DNA of 64,000 nucleotides, taken from NCBI GenBank assembly GCA_964016885.1, contig OZ024741.1, positions 258,168,001-258,232,000 on the forward strand, read 5' to 3'. The position numbers and the translations under genes are program-made. The number at the start of each line of letters is the position of its first letter. Within the stretch, counting starts at the first letter, position 1. This document shows, piece after piece, positions 1 through 12,300 of the stretch. Below the pieces are notes generated by a model that worked only from the letters and a program-made list of their open reading frames with translations, did not search any database and was not told the origin of the DNA. The stretch comes from Eledone cirrhosa (Eukaryota).

Positions 1-1141
1 GTTCTGACTTACGAGTGTTCTGACTTACGAGTGTTCTGACTTACGAGTGTTCTGACTTACGAGTGTTCCGACTTTAGCGTGTTTCGGCTCACGAGTGTTT
101 CGGCTTACGAGTGTTTCCGGCTTACGAGTGTTTCGACTTACGAGTGTTTCGACTTACGAGTGTTTTGACTTACGGTGTTTCGGCTTACGAGTGATTAGAC
201 TTACGAGTGTTTTGACTTACGGGTGTTTTGACTTACGGGTGTTGTGAATTACGAGTGTTCCGATTTACGAGTGTTTTGACTTACAGTGTTTCGGCTTACA
301 AGTGATTCGACTTACGAATGTTTTGACGTACGGGTGTTTCGGCTTGCGAGTGTTTCGACTTACGAGTGTTTCAACTTACGAGTGTTTCGGCTTATGAGTG
401 TTTCGACTTACTAATGTTTTTACTTACGAGTGTTTCGGCGTACGAGTGTTTTGACATACGAGTGTTTCGACTTACGAGTGTTTTGACTTACGAATGTTTT
501 GACTTACGGGTGTTTCGGCTTACGAGTGTTTCGACTTACGAGTGTTTCGGCGTGCGAGTGTTTCGACTCACTAATGTTTTTACTTACGAGTGTTTCGGCG
601 TACGAGTGTTTCGACTTACGAGTGTTTCGACTTACGGGTGTTTCGGCTTACGAGTGTTTCGACTTACTAGTGTTTTGACTTAAGGGTGTTTCGACTTACG
701 AGTGTTCCGACTTACGAGTGTTTCGACTTACGAGTGTTTCGGATTACGAGTGTTTTGACTTGAGGGTTTTCGACTTACGAGTGTTTCGATACGAGTGTTT
801 CGACTTACGAGTGTTCTGACTTACGAGTGTTCTGATTTACGGATGTTTCGACACACGAGTGTTTCGAATTACGAGTGTTTCGACTTACGAGTGTTTTGAC
901 TTGCGGGTGTTTTGACATACGAGTGTTTCGATACGAGTGTTTTGACTTACGAGTGTTCTGACTTACGAGTGTTCTGACTTACGAGTGTTCTGACTTACGA
1001 GTGTTCTTACTTACGAGTGTTCCGACTTACGAGTGTTTCGGCTTACGAGTGTTTCGATTACGAGTGTTCCGACTTACGGATGTTTCGACTTACGAGTGTT
1101 TTGGCTTACGGTGTTTCGGCTTACGAGTGTTTCGACTTACA

Positions 1142-1211
1142 AAAATAACAAATAGACGCGGTTTCAAATCTCTATGCTTTTCAAATTCATTACATTAATC
1201 TTTATTTATAC
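1142..1211 (+). repeat. Interspersed AT-rich 70-bp element, canonical allele A (first of 21 copies)
   Basis: AAAATAACAAATAGACGCGGTTTCAAATCTCTATGCTTTTCAAATTCATTACATTAATCTTTATTTATAC (17/70 GC). Starts at 1142, 4827, 8435, 13961, 19453, 23006, 24347, 26481, 33553, 33970, 37006, 40542, 41899, 44033, 51105, 51522, 54410, 56053, 57519, 60114 (AAATTAA variant), 61580. Follows GACTTAC(G/A) and is followed by GTTT(C/T)GCTTTACGAG. Confidence 0.95.
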
Positions 1212-3168
1212 GTTTCGCTTTACGAGTGTTTCGACTTACGAGTGTTTCAAAATACGAGTGTTTCGGCTTACGAGTGTTTTGATTTACGAGTGTTTTGACT
1301 TACGGGTGCTTCGACTTACGCGTGTTTCGACTTACGAGTGTTTCGACTTACGAGTGTTTCGACTTACGAGTGTTTCGGCTTACGAGTGTTTTGACTTACG
1401 AATGTTTTGACATACGATTGTTTCGGCTTACGAGTGTTTCGACTTACGAGTGTTCTGACTACGAGTGTTCTGACTTACGGGTGTTCTGACTTACGAGTGT
1501 TCCGACTTACGAGTGTTTCGGCTTATGAGTGTTCCGACTTACGAGTGTTTCGGCTTACGGGTGTTTCGACGTACGAGTATTTTTGGCTTACGAGTGTTTC
1601 GACTTACGAGTGTTTTGAATTACGATTGTTTCGGCTTACGAGTGTTTCGACTTACGAGTATTTCGACTTACGAGTGTTTTGACTTATGGGGGTTTTGACA
1701 TACGAGTGTTTCGATACGAATGCTCTGACTTACGAGTGTTCTGACTTACGAGTGTTCTGACTTACGAGTGTTCTGACTTACGGGTGTTCTGACTTACGTG
1801 TGTTCCGACTTACGAGTGTTTCGGCTATGGGTGTTTCGACTTACGAGTGTTTCGACTTACGAATCTTTTGGCTTACGAGCTTTTCGGCTTACGAGTGTTT
1901 CGACTTACGAATGTTTTGGCTTACGAGTGTTTCGGCTTACGGGTGTTTCGACTTACGAGTGTTTCGACTTACGAGTGTTTTGACTTACGGTGTTTCGGCT
2001 TACGAGTTATTCGACATACGAGTGTTTCGATTTACGGGTGTTTCGACTTACGGGTGTTTCGACTTACGAGTGTTTCGACTTATGAGTGTTTCGACTTACG
2101 AGTGTTCTGACTTACGAGTGTTCTGACTTACGAGTGTTCCGACTTACGAGTGTTTAGGTTTACGAGTGTTTCGACACACGAATGTTTTGACTTACGGGTG
2201 TTTCGACTTACGGGTGTTTCGACTTACGAGTGTTTCGGCTTACGAGTGTTTCGACTTACTAATGTTTTTACTTACGAGTCTTTCGGTGTACGAGTGTTTC
2301 GACAGAAGGATGTTTCGATTTACGAGTGTTTCGACTTACGAGTGTTTCGGCTTACGTGAGTTTCGACTTAAGAGTGTTCTGATTTACGAGTGTTCTGACT
2401 TGCGGGTGTTCTGATTTACGAGTGTTCCGACTTACGAGTGTTTCGGCTTACGAGTGTTTCGCCTTGTGGGTGTTTCGACTTACGAGTGTTTTTACTTACG
2501 GTGTTTCGGCTACGAGTGTTTCGACATACGAGTGTTTTGACTTACGGGTGTTTCGACTTACGAGTGTTTTGACTTACGAATGTTTTGACTTACGGGTGTT
2601 TCGGCTTACGAGTGTTTCGACTTACGAGTGTTTCGGCTTACGAGTGTTTCGACTTAATAATGTTTTTACTTACGAGTGTTTCGGCGTACGAGTGTTTCGA
2701 CTTACGAGTGTATCGACTTACGGGTGTTTTGACTTACGGGTGTTTCGGCTTACGAGTGTTTTGACTTAAGGGTGTTTCGACTTACGAGTATTTTTGGCTT
2801 ACGAGTGTTTCGACTTACGAGTGTTTTGACTTACGAGTGTTCTGATTTACGGATGTTTCGACATACGAGTGTTCAGATTTACGAGTGGTCCGACTTACGA
2901 GTGTTTCGACTTACGAGTGTTTCGACTTACGAGTGTTTTGACTTACGGTGTTTCGGCTTACGAGTGTTTCGACTTACGAGTGTTTTGACTTACTGGTGTT
3001 TTGACATACGAGTGTTTCGATACGAGAGTTTCGACTTACGAGTGTTCTGACTTACGAGTGTTCTAACTTACGAGTGTTCTGACTTACGAGTGTTCTGACT
3101 TACGAGTGTTCCGACTTACGAGTGTTTCGGCTCACGAGTGTTTCGGCTTACGAGTGTTTCGACTTACG

Positions 3169-3238
3169 AAAATAACAAATAGACGCGGTTTCAAATCTCT
3201 ATGCTTTTCAAATTCATTACATTAATCTTTATTCATAT
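3169..3238 (+). repeat. Interspersed 70-bp element, allele C (ends TTTATTCATAT), first of 5 copies
   Basis: Starts at 3169, 6854, 12364, 17888, 35409. Confidence 0.93.
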
Positions 3239-3792
3239 GTTTCGCTTTACGAGTGTTTCGACTTACGAGTGTTTCGACTTACGAGTGTTTCGGCTTACGA
3301 GTGTTTTGACTTACGAGTGTTTTGACTTACATGTGTTTCGACTTACGCATTTTTCGACTTACGAGTGTTTCGACTTATGAGTGTTTTGACTTACGGATGT
3401 TTTGACTTACGGGTGTTTCGGCTTACGAGTGTTTCGACTTACGAGTGTTTCGACTTACGAGTGTTTTGACTTACGAGTGTTTTGACTTACGGTGTTTCGG
3501 CTTACGAGTGTTTCCTCTTACGAGTGTTTTGACTTACGGGTGTTTTGACATACGAGTGTTTCGATACGAGTGTTCTGACTTACGAGTGTTCTGACTTACG
3601 AGTGTTCTGACTTACGAGTGTTCTGACTTACGAGTGTTCTGACATACGTGTGTTCTGACTTACGAGTGTTCCGATTTACGAGTGTTTCGCCATATGAGTG
3701 TTTCGACTTACGAATGTTTTTGCTTACGGGTGTTTCGACTTACGAATGTTTTTGCTTACGAGTGTTTCGGCTTACGAGTGTTTCGACTTACG

Positions 3793-3860
3793 AAAATAAC
3801 AAATAGACGCGGTTTCAAATCTCTGCTTTTCAAATTCATTACATTAATCTTTATTTACAC
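3793..3860 (+). repeat. Interspersed 68-bp element, allele B (2-bp deletion CTCTGC; ends TTTACAC), first of 11 copies
   Basis: Starts at 3793, 7478, 12988, 18480, 22033, 23502, 36033, 39585, 41038, 55065, 59238. Always preceded by CATATGAG and GAATGTTTTTGCTTACG variant monomers and followed by the TTCTGAATAACGAG monomer. Confidence 0.93.
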
Positions 3861-6309
3861 GTTTCGCTTTACGAGTGTTTCGACTTACGAGTGTTTCGAC
3901 TTACGAGTGTTTCGACTTACGAGTGTTTCGACTTACGAGTGTTCTGAATAACGAGTGTTCTGACTTACGAGTGTTTCGACTTACGAGTGTTCTGACTTAG
4001 GAGTGTTCTGACTTACGAGTGTTCCGACTTGCGAGTGTTTCGACTTACGAGTGTTTCAACTTACGAGTGTTTCGGCTTATGAGTGTTTCGACTTACTAAT
4101 GTTTTTACTTACGAGTGTTTCGGCGTACGAGTGTTTTGACATACGAGTGTTTCGACTTACGAGTGTTTTGACTTACGAATGTTTTGACTTACGGGTGTTT
4201 CGGCTTACGAGTGTTTCGACTTACGAGTGTTTCGGCGTGCGAGTGTTTCGACTCACTAATGTTTTTACTTACGAGTGTTTCGGCGTACGAGTGTTTCGAC
4301 TTACGAGTGTTTCGACTTACGGGTGTTTCGGCTTACGAGTGTTTCGACTTACTAGTGTTTTGACTTAAGGGTGTTTCGACTTACGAGTGTTCCGACTTAC
4401 GAGTGTTTCGACTTACGAGTGTTTCGGATTACGAGTGTTTTGACTTGAGGGTTTTCGACTTACGAGTGTTTCGATACGAGTGTTTCGACTTACGAGTGTT
4501 CTGACTTACGAGTGTTCTGATTTACGGATGTTTCGACACACGAGTGTTTCGAATTACGAGTGTTTCGACTTACGAGTGTTTTGACTTGCGGGTGTTTTGA
4601 CATACGAGTGTTTCGATACGAGTGTTTTGACTTACGAGTGTTCTGACTTACGAGTGTTCTGACTTACGAGTGTTCTGACTTACGAGTGTTCTTACTTACG
4701 AGTGTTCCGACTTACGAGTGTTTCGGCTTACGAGTGTTTCGATTACGAGTGTTCCGACTTACGGATGTTTCGACTTACGAGTGTTTTGGCTTACGGTGTT
4801 TCGGCTTACGAGTGTTTCGACTTACAAAAATAACAAATAGACGCGGTTTCAAATCTCTATGCTTTTCAAATTCATTACATTAATCTTTATTTATACGTTT
4901 CGCTTTACGAGTGTTTCGACTTACGAGTGTTTCAAAATACGAGTGTTTCGGCTTACGAGTGTTTTGATTTACGAGTGTTTTGACTTACGGGTGCTTCGAC
5001 TTACGCGTGTTTCGACTTACGAGTGTTTCGACTTACGAGTGTTTCGACTTACGAGTGTTTCGGCTTACGAGTGTTTTGACTTACGAATGTTTTGACATAC
5101 GATTGTTTCGGCTTACGAGTGTTTCGACTTACGAGTGTTCTGACTACGAGTGTTCTGACTTACGGGTGTTCTGACTTACGAGTGTTCCGACTTACGAGTG
5201 TTTCGGCTTATGAGTGTTCCGACTTACGAGTGTTTCGGCTTACGGGTGTTTCGACGTACGAGTATTTTTGGCTTACGAGTGTTTCGACTTACGAGTGTTT
5301 TGAATTACGATTGTTTCGGCTTACGAGTGTTTCGACTTACGAGTATTTCGACTTACGAGTGTTTTGACTTATGGGGGTTTTGACATACGAGTGTTTCGAT
5401 ACGAATGCTCTGACTTACGAGTGTTCTGACTTACGAGTGTTCTGACTTACGAGTGTTCTGACTTACGGGTGTTCTGACTTACGTGTGTTCCGACTTACGA
5501 GTGTTTCGGCTATGGGTGTTTCGACTTACGAGTGTTTCGACTTACGAATCTTTTGGCTTACGAGCTTTTCGGCTTACGAGTGTTTCGACTTACGAATGTT
5601 TTGGCTTACGAGTGTTTCGGCTTACGGGTGTTTCGACTTACGAGTGTTTCGACTTACGAGTGTTTTGACTTACGGTGTTTCGGCTTACGAGTTATTCGAC
5701 ATACGAGTGTTTCGATTTACGGGTGTTTCGACTTACGGGTGTTTCGACTTACGAGTGTTTCGACTTATGAGTGTTTCGACTTACGAGTGTTCTGACTTAC
5801 GAGTGTTCTGACTTACGAGTGTTCCGACTTACGAGTGTTTAGGTTTACGAGTGTTTCGACACACGAATGTTTTGACTTACGGGTGTTTCGACTTACGGGT
5901 GTTTCGACTTACGAGTGTTTCGGCTTACGAGTGTTTCGACTTACTAATGTTTTTACTTACGAGTCTTTCGGTGTACGAGTGTTTCGACAGAAGGATGTTT
6001 CGATTTACGAGTGTTTCGACTTACGAGTGTTTCGGCTTACGTGAGTTTCGACTTAAGAGTGTTCTGATTTACGAGTGTTCTGACTTGCGGGTGTTCTGAT
6101 TTACGAGTGTTCCGACTTACGAGTGTTTCGGCTTACGAGTGTTTCGCCTTGTGGGTGTTTCGACTTACGAGTGTTTTTACTTACGGTGTTTCGGCTACGA
6201 GTGTTTCGACATACGAGTGTTTTGACTTACGGGTGTTTCGACTTACGAGTGTTTTGACTTACGAATGTTTTGACTTACGGGTGTTTCGGCTTACGAGTGT
6301 TTCGACTTA

Positions 6310-9300
6310 CGAGTGTTTCGGCTTACGAGTGTTTCGACTTAATAATGTTTTTACTTACGAGTGTTTCGGCGTACGAGTGTTTCGACTTACGAGTGTATCG
6401 ACTTACGGGTGTTTTGACTTACGGGTGTTTCGGCTTACGAGTGTTTTGACTTAAGGGTGTTTCGACTTACGAGTATTTTTGGCTTACGAGTGTTTCGACT
6501 TACGAGTGTTTTGACTTACGAGTGTTCTGATTTACGGATGTTTCGACATACGAGTGTTCAGATTTACGAGTGGTCCGACTTACGAGTGTTTCGACTTACG
6601 AGTGTTTCGACTTACGAGTGTTTTGACTTACGGTGTTTCGGCTTACGAGTGTTTCGACTTACGAGTGTTTTGACTTACTGGTGTTTTGACATACGAGTGT
6701 TTCGATACGAGAGTTTCGACTTACGAGTGTTCTGACTTACGAGTGTTCTAACTTACGAGTGTTCTGACTTACGAGTGTTCTGACTTACGAGTGTTCCGAC
6801 TTACGAGTGTTTCGGCTCACGAGTGTTTCGGCTTACGAGTGTTTCGACTTACGAAAATAACAAATAGACGCGGTTTCAAATCTCTATGCTTTTCAAATTC
6901 ATTACATTAATCTTTATTCATATGTTTCGCTTTACGAGTGTTTCGACTTACGAGTGTTTCGACTTACGAGTGTTTCGGCTTACGAGTGTTTTGACTTACG
7001 AGTGTTTTGACTTACATGTGTTTCGACTTACGCATTTTTCGACTTACGAGTGTTTCGACTTATGAGTGTTTTGACTTACGGATGTTTTGACTTACGGGTG
7101 TTTCGGCTTACGAGTGTTTCGACTTACGAGTGTTTCGACTTACGAGTGTTTTGACTTACGAGTGTTTTGACTTACGGTGTTTCGGCTTACGAGTGTTTCC
7201 TCTTACGAGTGTTTTGACTTACGGGTGTTTTGACATACGAGTGTTTCGATACGAGTGTTCTGACTTACGAGTGTTCTGACTTACGAGTGTTCTGACTTAC
7301 GAGTGTTCTGACTTACGAGTGTTCTGACATACGTGTGTTCTGACTTACGAGTGTTCCGATTTACGAGTGTTTCGCCATATGAGTGTTTCGACTTACGAAT
7401 GTTTTTGCTTACGGGTGTTTCGACTTACGAATGTTTTTGCTTACGAGTGTTTCGGCTTACGAGTGTTTCGACTTACGAAAATAACAAATAGACGCGGTTT
7501 CAAATCTCTGCTTTTCAAATTCATTACATTAATCTTTATTTACACGTTTCGCTTTACGAGTGTTTCGACTTACGAGTGTTTCGACTTACGAGTGTTTCGA
7601 CTTACGAGTGTTTCGACTTACGAGTGTTCTGAATAACGAGTGTTCTGACTTACGAGTGTTTCGACTTACGAGTGTTCTGACTTAGGAGTGTTCTGACTTA
7701 CGAGTGTTCCGACTTACGAGTGTTTCGACTTACGAGTGTTTCGACTTACGAGTGTTTCGACTTACGAGTGTTTCGGCTTACGAGTGTTTTGACTTACGAG
7801 TGTTCTGACTACGAGTGTTCTGACTTACGAGTGTTTCGGCTTATGAGTGTTTCGACTTACGAGTGTTTCGGCTTATGAGTGTTTCGACTTACGAGTGTTT
7901 CGGCTTACGAGTGTTTCGACTTACGAGTGTTTCGACTTACGAGTGTTTCGGCTTACGAGTGTTTCGACATACGGGTGTTTCGACTTACGGTGTTTAGGCT
8001 TACGAGTGTTTCGACTTACGAGTGTTCTGACTTACGAGTGTTCTGACTTATGAGTGTTCTGACTTACGAGTGTTCTGACTTACGAGTGTTCCGACTTACG
8101 AGTGTTTCGGCTTACGAGTGTTTCGGCTTACGAGTGTTTCGACTTACGAGTGTTCTGACTTACGAGTGTTCTGACTTATGAGTGTTCTGACTTACGAGTG
8201 TTCTGACTTACGAGTGTTTCGACTTACGAGTGTTTCGACTTACGAGTGTTTTGACTTACTGGTGTTTTGACATACGAGTGTTTCGATACGAGTGTTTCGA
8301 CTTACGAGTGTTCTGACTTACGAGTGTTCTAACTTACGAGTGTTCTGACTTACGAGTGTTCTGACTTACGAGTGTTCCGACTTACGAGTGTTTCGACTCA
8401 CGAGTGTTTCGGCTTACGAGTGTTTCGACTTACGAAAATAACAAATAGACGCGGTTTCAAATCTCTATGCTTTTCAAATTCATTACATTAATCTTTATTT
8501 ATACGTTTTGCTTTACGAGTGTTTCGACTTACGAGTGTTTCGACTTACGAGTGTTTCGGCTTACGAGTGTTTCGACTTACGAGTGTTTCGACTTACGAGT
8601 GTTTTGACTTACTGGTGTTTTGACATACGAGTGTTTCGATACGAGTGTTTCGACTTACGAGTGTTCTGACTTACGAGTGTTCTGACTTACGAGTGTTTCG
8701 ACTTACGAGTGTTCTGACTTACGAGTGTTCTGACTTACGAATGTTCCGACTTACGAGTGTTTCGACTTACGAGTGTTTTGACTTACGAGTGTTTCGACTT
8801 ACGAGTGTTTCGGCTTACGAGTGTTTTGACTTACGAGTGTTCTGACTACGAGTGTTCTGACTTACGAGTGTTTCGGCTTATGAGTGTTTCGACTTACGAG
8901 TGTTTCGGCTTATGAGTGTTTCGACTTACGAGTGTTTCGGCTTACGAGTGTTTCGACTTACGAGTGTTTCGACTTACGAGTGTTTCGACTTACGGGTGTT
9001 TCGACTTACGAGTGTTTCGACTACGAGTGTTTCGACTTACGAGTGTTTCGACTTACGAGTGTTTCGACATACGGGTGTTTCGACTTACGGTGTTTCGGCT
9101 TACGAGTGTTTCGATACGAGTGTTCTGACTTACGAGTGTTCTGACTTACTAGTGTTCTGACTTACGAGTGTTCTGACTTACGAGTGTTTCGGTGTACGAG
9201 TGTTTCGACTTAAGGATGTTTCGACTTACGAGTGTTTCGACTTACGAGCGTTTCGACTTACGAGTGTTTCGACTTACGAGTGTTTTGGCTTACGAATGTT

Positions 9301-12300
9301 TTGACTTACGGGTGTTTCGACTTACGGGTGTTTCGGCTTACGAGTGTTTCGACTTACGAGTGTTTTGACTTACGAGTGTTCTGACTTACGAGTGTTCTGA
9401 CTTATGAGTGTTCCGACTTACGAGTGTTCCGACTTACGAGTGTTTCGGCTTACGAGTGTTTCGGCTTACGAGTGTTTTGACTTACGAGTGTTCTGACTAC
9501 GAGTGTTCTGACTTACGGGTGTTCTGACTTACGAGTGTTCCGACTTACGAGTGTTTCGGCTTATGAGTGTTTCGACTTACGGGCGTTTCGACTTACGGGT
9601 GTTTCGACTTACGAGTGTTTTGACTTACGAGTGTTCTGACTTACAAGTGTTCTGACTTACGAGTGTTCCGACTTACGACTGTTTCGACTTACGAGTGTTT
9701 TGACTTACGAGTATTCCGACTTACGAGTGTTTCGGCTTACGGGTGTTTCGACGTACGAGTATTTTTGGCTTCCGAGTGTTTCGACTTACGAGTGTTTTGA
9801 ATTACGATTGTTTCGGCTTACGAGTGTTTCGACTTACGAGTATTTCGACTTACGAGTGTTTTGACTTATGGGTGTTTTGACATACGAGTGTTTCGATACG
9901 AATGCTCTGACTTACGAGTGTTCTGACTTACGAGTGTTCTGACTTACGAGTGTTCTGACTTACGGGTGTTCTGACTTACGTGTGTTCCGACTTACGAGTG
10001 TTTCGGCTATGGGTGTTTCGACTTACGAGTGTTTCGACTTACGAATATTTTGGCTTACGAGTGTTTCGGCTTACGAGTGTTTCGACTTACGAATGTTTTG
10101 GCTTACGAGTGTTTCGGCTTACGGGTGTTTCGACTTACGAGTGTTTCGACTTACGAGTGTTTTGACTTACGGTGTTTCGGCTTACGAGTTATTCGACATA
10201 CGAGTGTTTCGACACACGAGTGTTTTGACTTACGGGGGTTTCGACTTACGGGTGTTTCGACTTACGAGTGTTTCGGCTTACGAGTGTTTCGACTTACTAA
10301 TGTTTTTACTTACGAGTGTTTCGGTGTACGAGTGTTTCGACATAAGGATGTTTCGACTTACGAGTGTTTCGACTTACGAGTGTTTCGGCTTACGGTGTTT
10401 CGGCTTACGAGTTATTCGACTTACGAATGTTTTGACTTACGGGTGTTTTGGCTTGCGAGTGTTTCGACTTACGAGTGTTTCGGCTTATGAGTGTTTCGAC
10501 TTACTAATGTTTTTACTTAAGAGTGTTTCGGCGTACGAGTGTTTTGACTTACCAGTGTTTTGACTTACGAATGTTTTGACTTACGGGTGTTTCGGCTTAC
10601 GAGTCTTTCGACTTACGAGTGTTTCGGCTGGCAAGTGTTTCGACTTACGAGTGTTTTGACTTACGAGTGTTTCGACTTACGAGTGTTTTGACTTACGAGT
10701 GTTTCGACTTACGAGTGTTTTGACTTAAGGGTGTTTCGACTTACGAGTGTTTGGATACGAGTGTTTCGACTTACGAGTGTTTTGGCTTACGGTGTTTCGA
10801 CTTACGAGTGTTTCGGCTTACGAGTGTTTTGACTTAAGGGTGTTTCGACTTACGAGTGTTTCGATACGAGTGTTTCGATTTACGAGTGTTTCGGCTTACG
10901 AGTGTTTCGACTTACGAGTGTTTCGACTTACGAGTGTTCTGATTTACGGATGTTTCGACATACGAGTGTTTCGATTTACGAGTGTTTCGACTTACGAGTG
11001 TTTTGACTTACGGGTGTTTTGACATACGAGTGTTTCGATACGAGTGTTTCGACTTACGAGTGTTCTGACTTACGATTGTTCTGACTTACGAGCGTTCTGA
11101 CTTACGAGTGTTTCGGCTTACAAGTGATTCGACTTACGAATGTTTTGACTTACGGGTGTTTCGGCTTGCGAGTGTTTCGACTTACGAGTGTTTTTGCTTG
11201 CGAGTGTTTCGACTTACTAATAATTTTACTTACGAGTGTTTCGGCGTACGAGTGTTTCGACTTACGAGTGTTTCGACTTACGGGTGTTTTGACTTACGGG
11301 TGTTTCGGCTTACGAGTGTTTCGACTTACGAGTGTTTTAACTAAAGGGTGTTTCGACTTACGAGTGTTTCGACTTACGAGTGTTTCGACTTACGAGTGTT
11401 TCGTATTACGAGTGTTTTGACTTGAGGGTTTTCGACTTACGAGTGTTTCGATACGAGTGTTTCGACTTACGAGTGTTCTGACTTACGAGTGTTCTGACTT
11501 ACAAGTGTTCTTACTTACGAGTGTTCCGACTTACGAGTGTTCCGACTTACGAGTGTTTCGGCTTACGAGTGTTTCGGCTTACGAGTGTTTCGACTTACGA
11601 GTGTTCCGACTTACGGGTGTTTCGACTTACGAGTGTTTTGGCTTACGGTGTTTCGGCTTACGAGTGTTTCGAGTTACGAGAGTTTTGACTTACGCGTGTT
11701 TTGACATACGAGTGTTTCGATACGAGTGTTCTGACTTACGAGTGTTCTGACTTACGAGTGTTCTGAGTTACGAGTGTTCTGACTTACGAGTGTTCCGACT
11801 TTACGAGTGTTTCGGCTCACGAGTGTTTCGGCTTACGAGTGTTTCGACTTAATAATGTTTTTACTTACGAGTGTTTCGGCGTACGAGTGTTTCGACTTAC
11901 GAGTGTATCGACTTACGGGTGTTTTGACTTACGGGTGTTTCGGCTTACGAGTGTTTTGACTTAAGGGTGTTTCGACTTACGAGTATTTTTGGCTTACGAG
12001 TGTTTCGACTTACGAGTGTTTTGACTTACGAGTGTTCTGATTTACGGATGTTTCGACATACGAGTGTTCAGATTTACGAGTGGTCCGACTTACGAGTGTT
12101 TCGACTTACGAGTGTTTCGACTTACGAGTGTTTTGACTTACGGTGTTTCGGCTTACGAGTGTTTCGACTTACGAGTGTTTTGACTTACTGGTGTTTTGAC
12201 ATACGAGTGTTTCGATACGAGTGTTTCGACTTACGAGTGTTCTGACTTACGAGTGTTCTAACTTACGAGTGTTCTGACTTACGAGTGTTCTGACTTACGA

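Larger units (their letters stand above)
346..7715 (+). repeat. Higher-order tandem duplication, 3,685-bp unit x2 (about 346-4030 and 4031-7715)
   Basis: Identical ORF-track entries at a constant offset of 3,685 (366/4051, 1001/4686, 1800/5485, 2772/6457, 3682/7367). Inserts at 1142/4827, 3169/6854 and 3793/7478 share the offset. Confidence 0.93.

Noticed and set aside
2041-2056. Canonical CENP-B box in TTTCGACTTACGGG variants
   Set aside because: The box requires TTCG-N4-A-N2-CGGG. Here A is followed directly by CGGG, 2 bp short, so it is only a resemblance.
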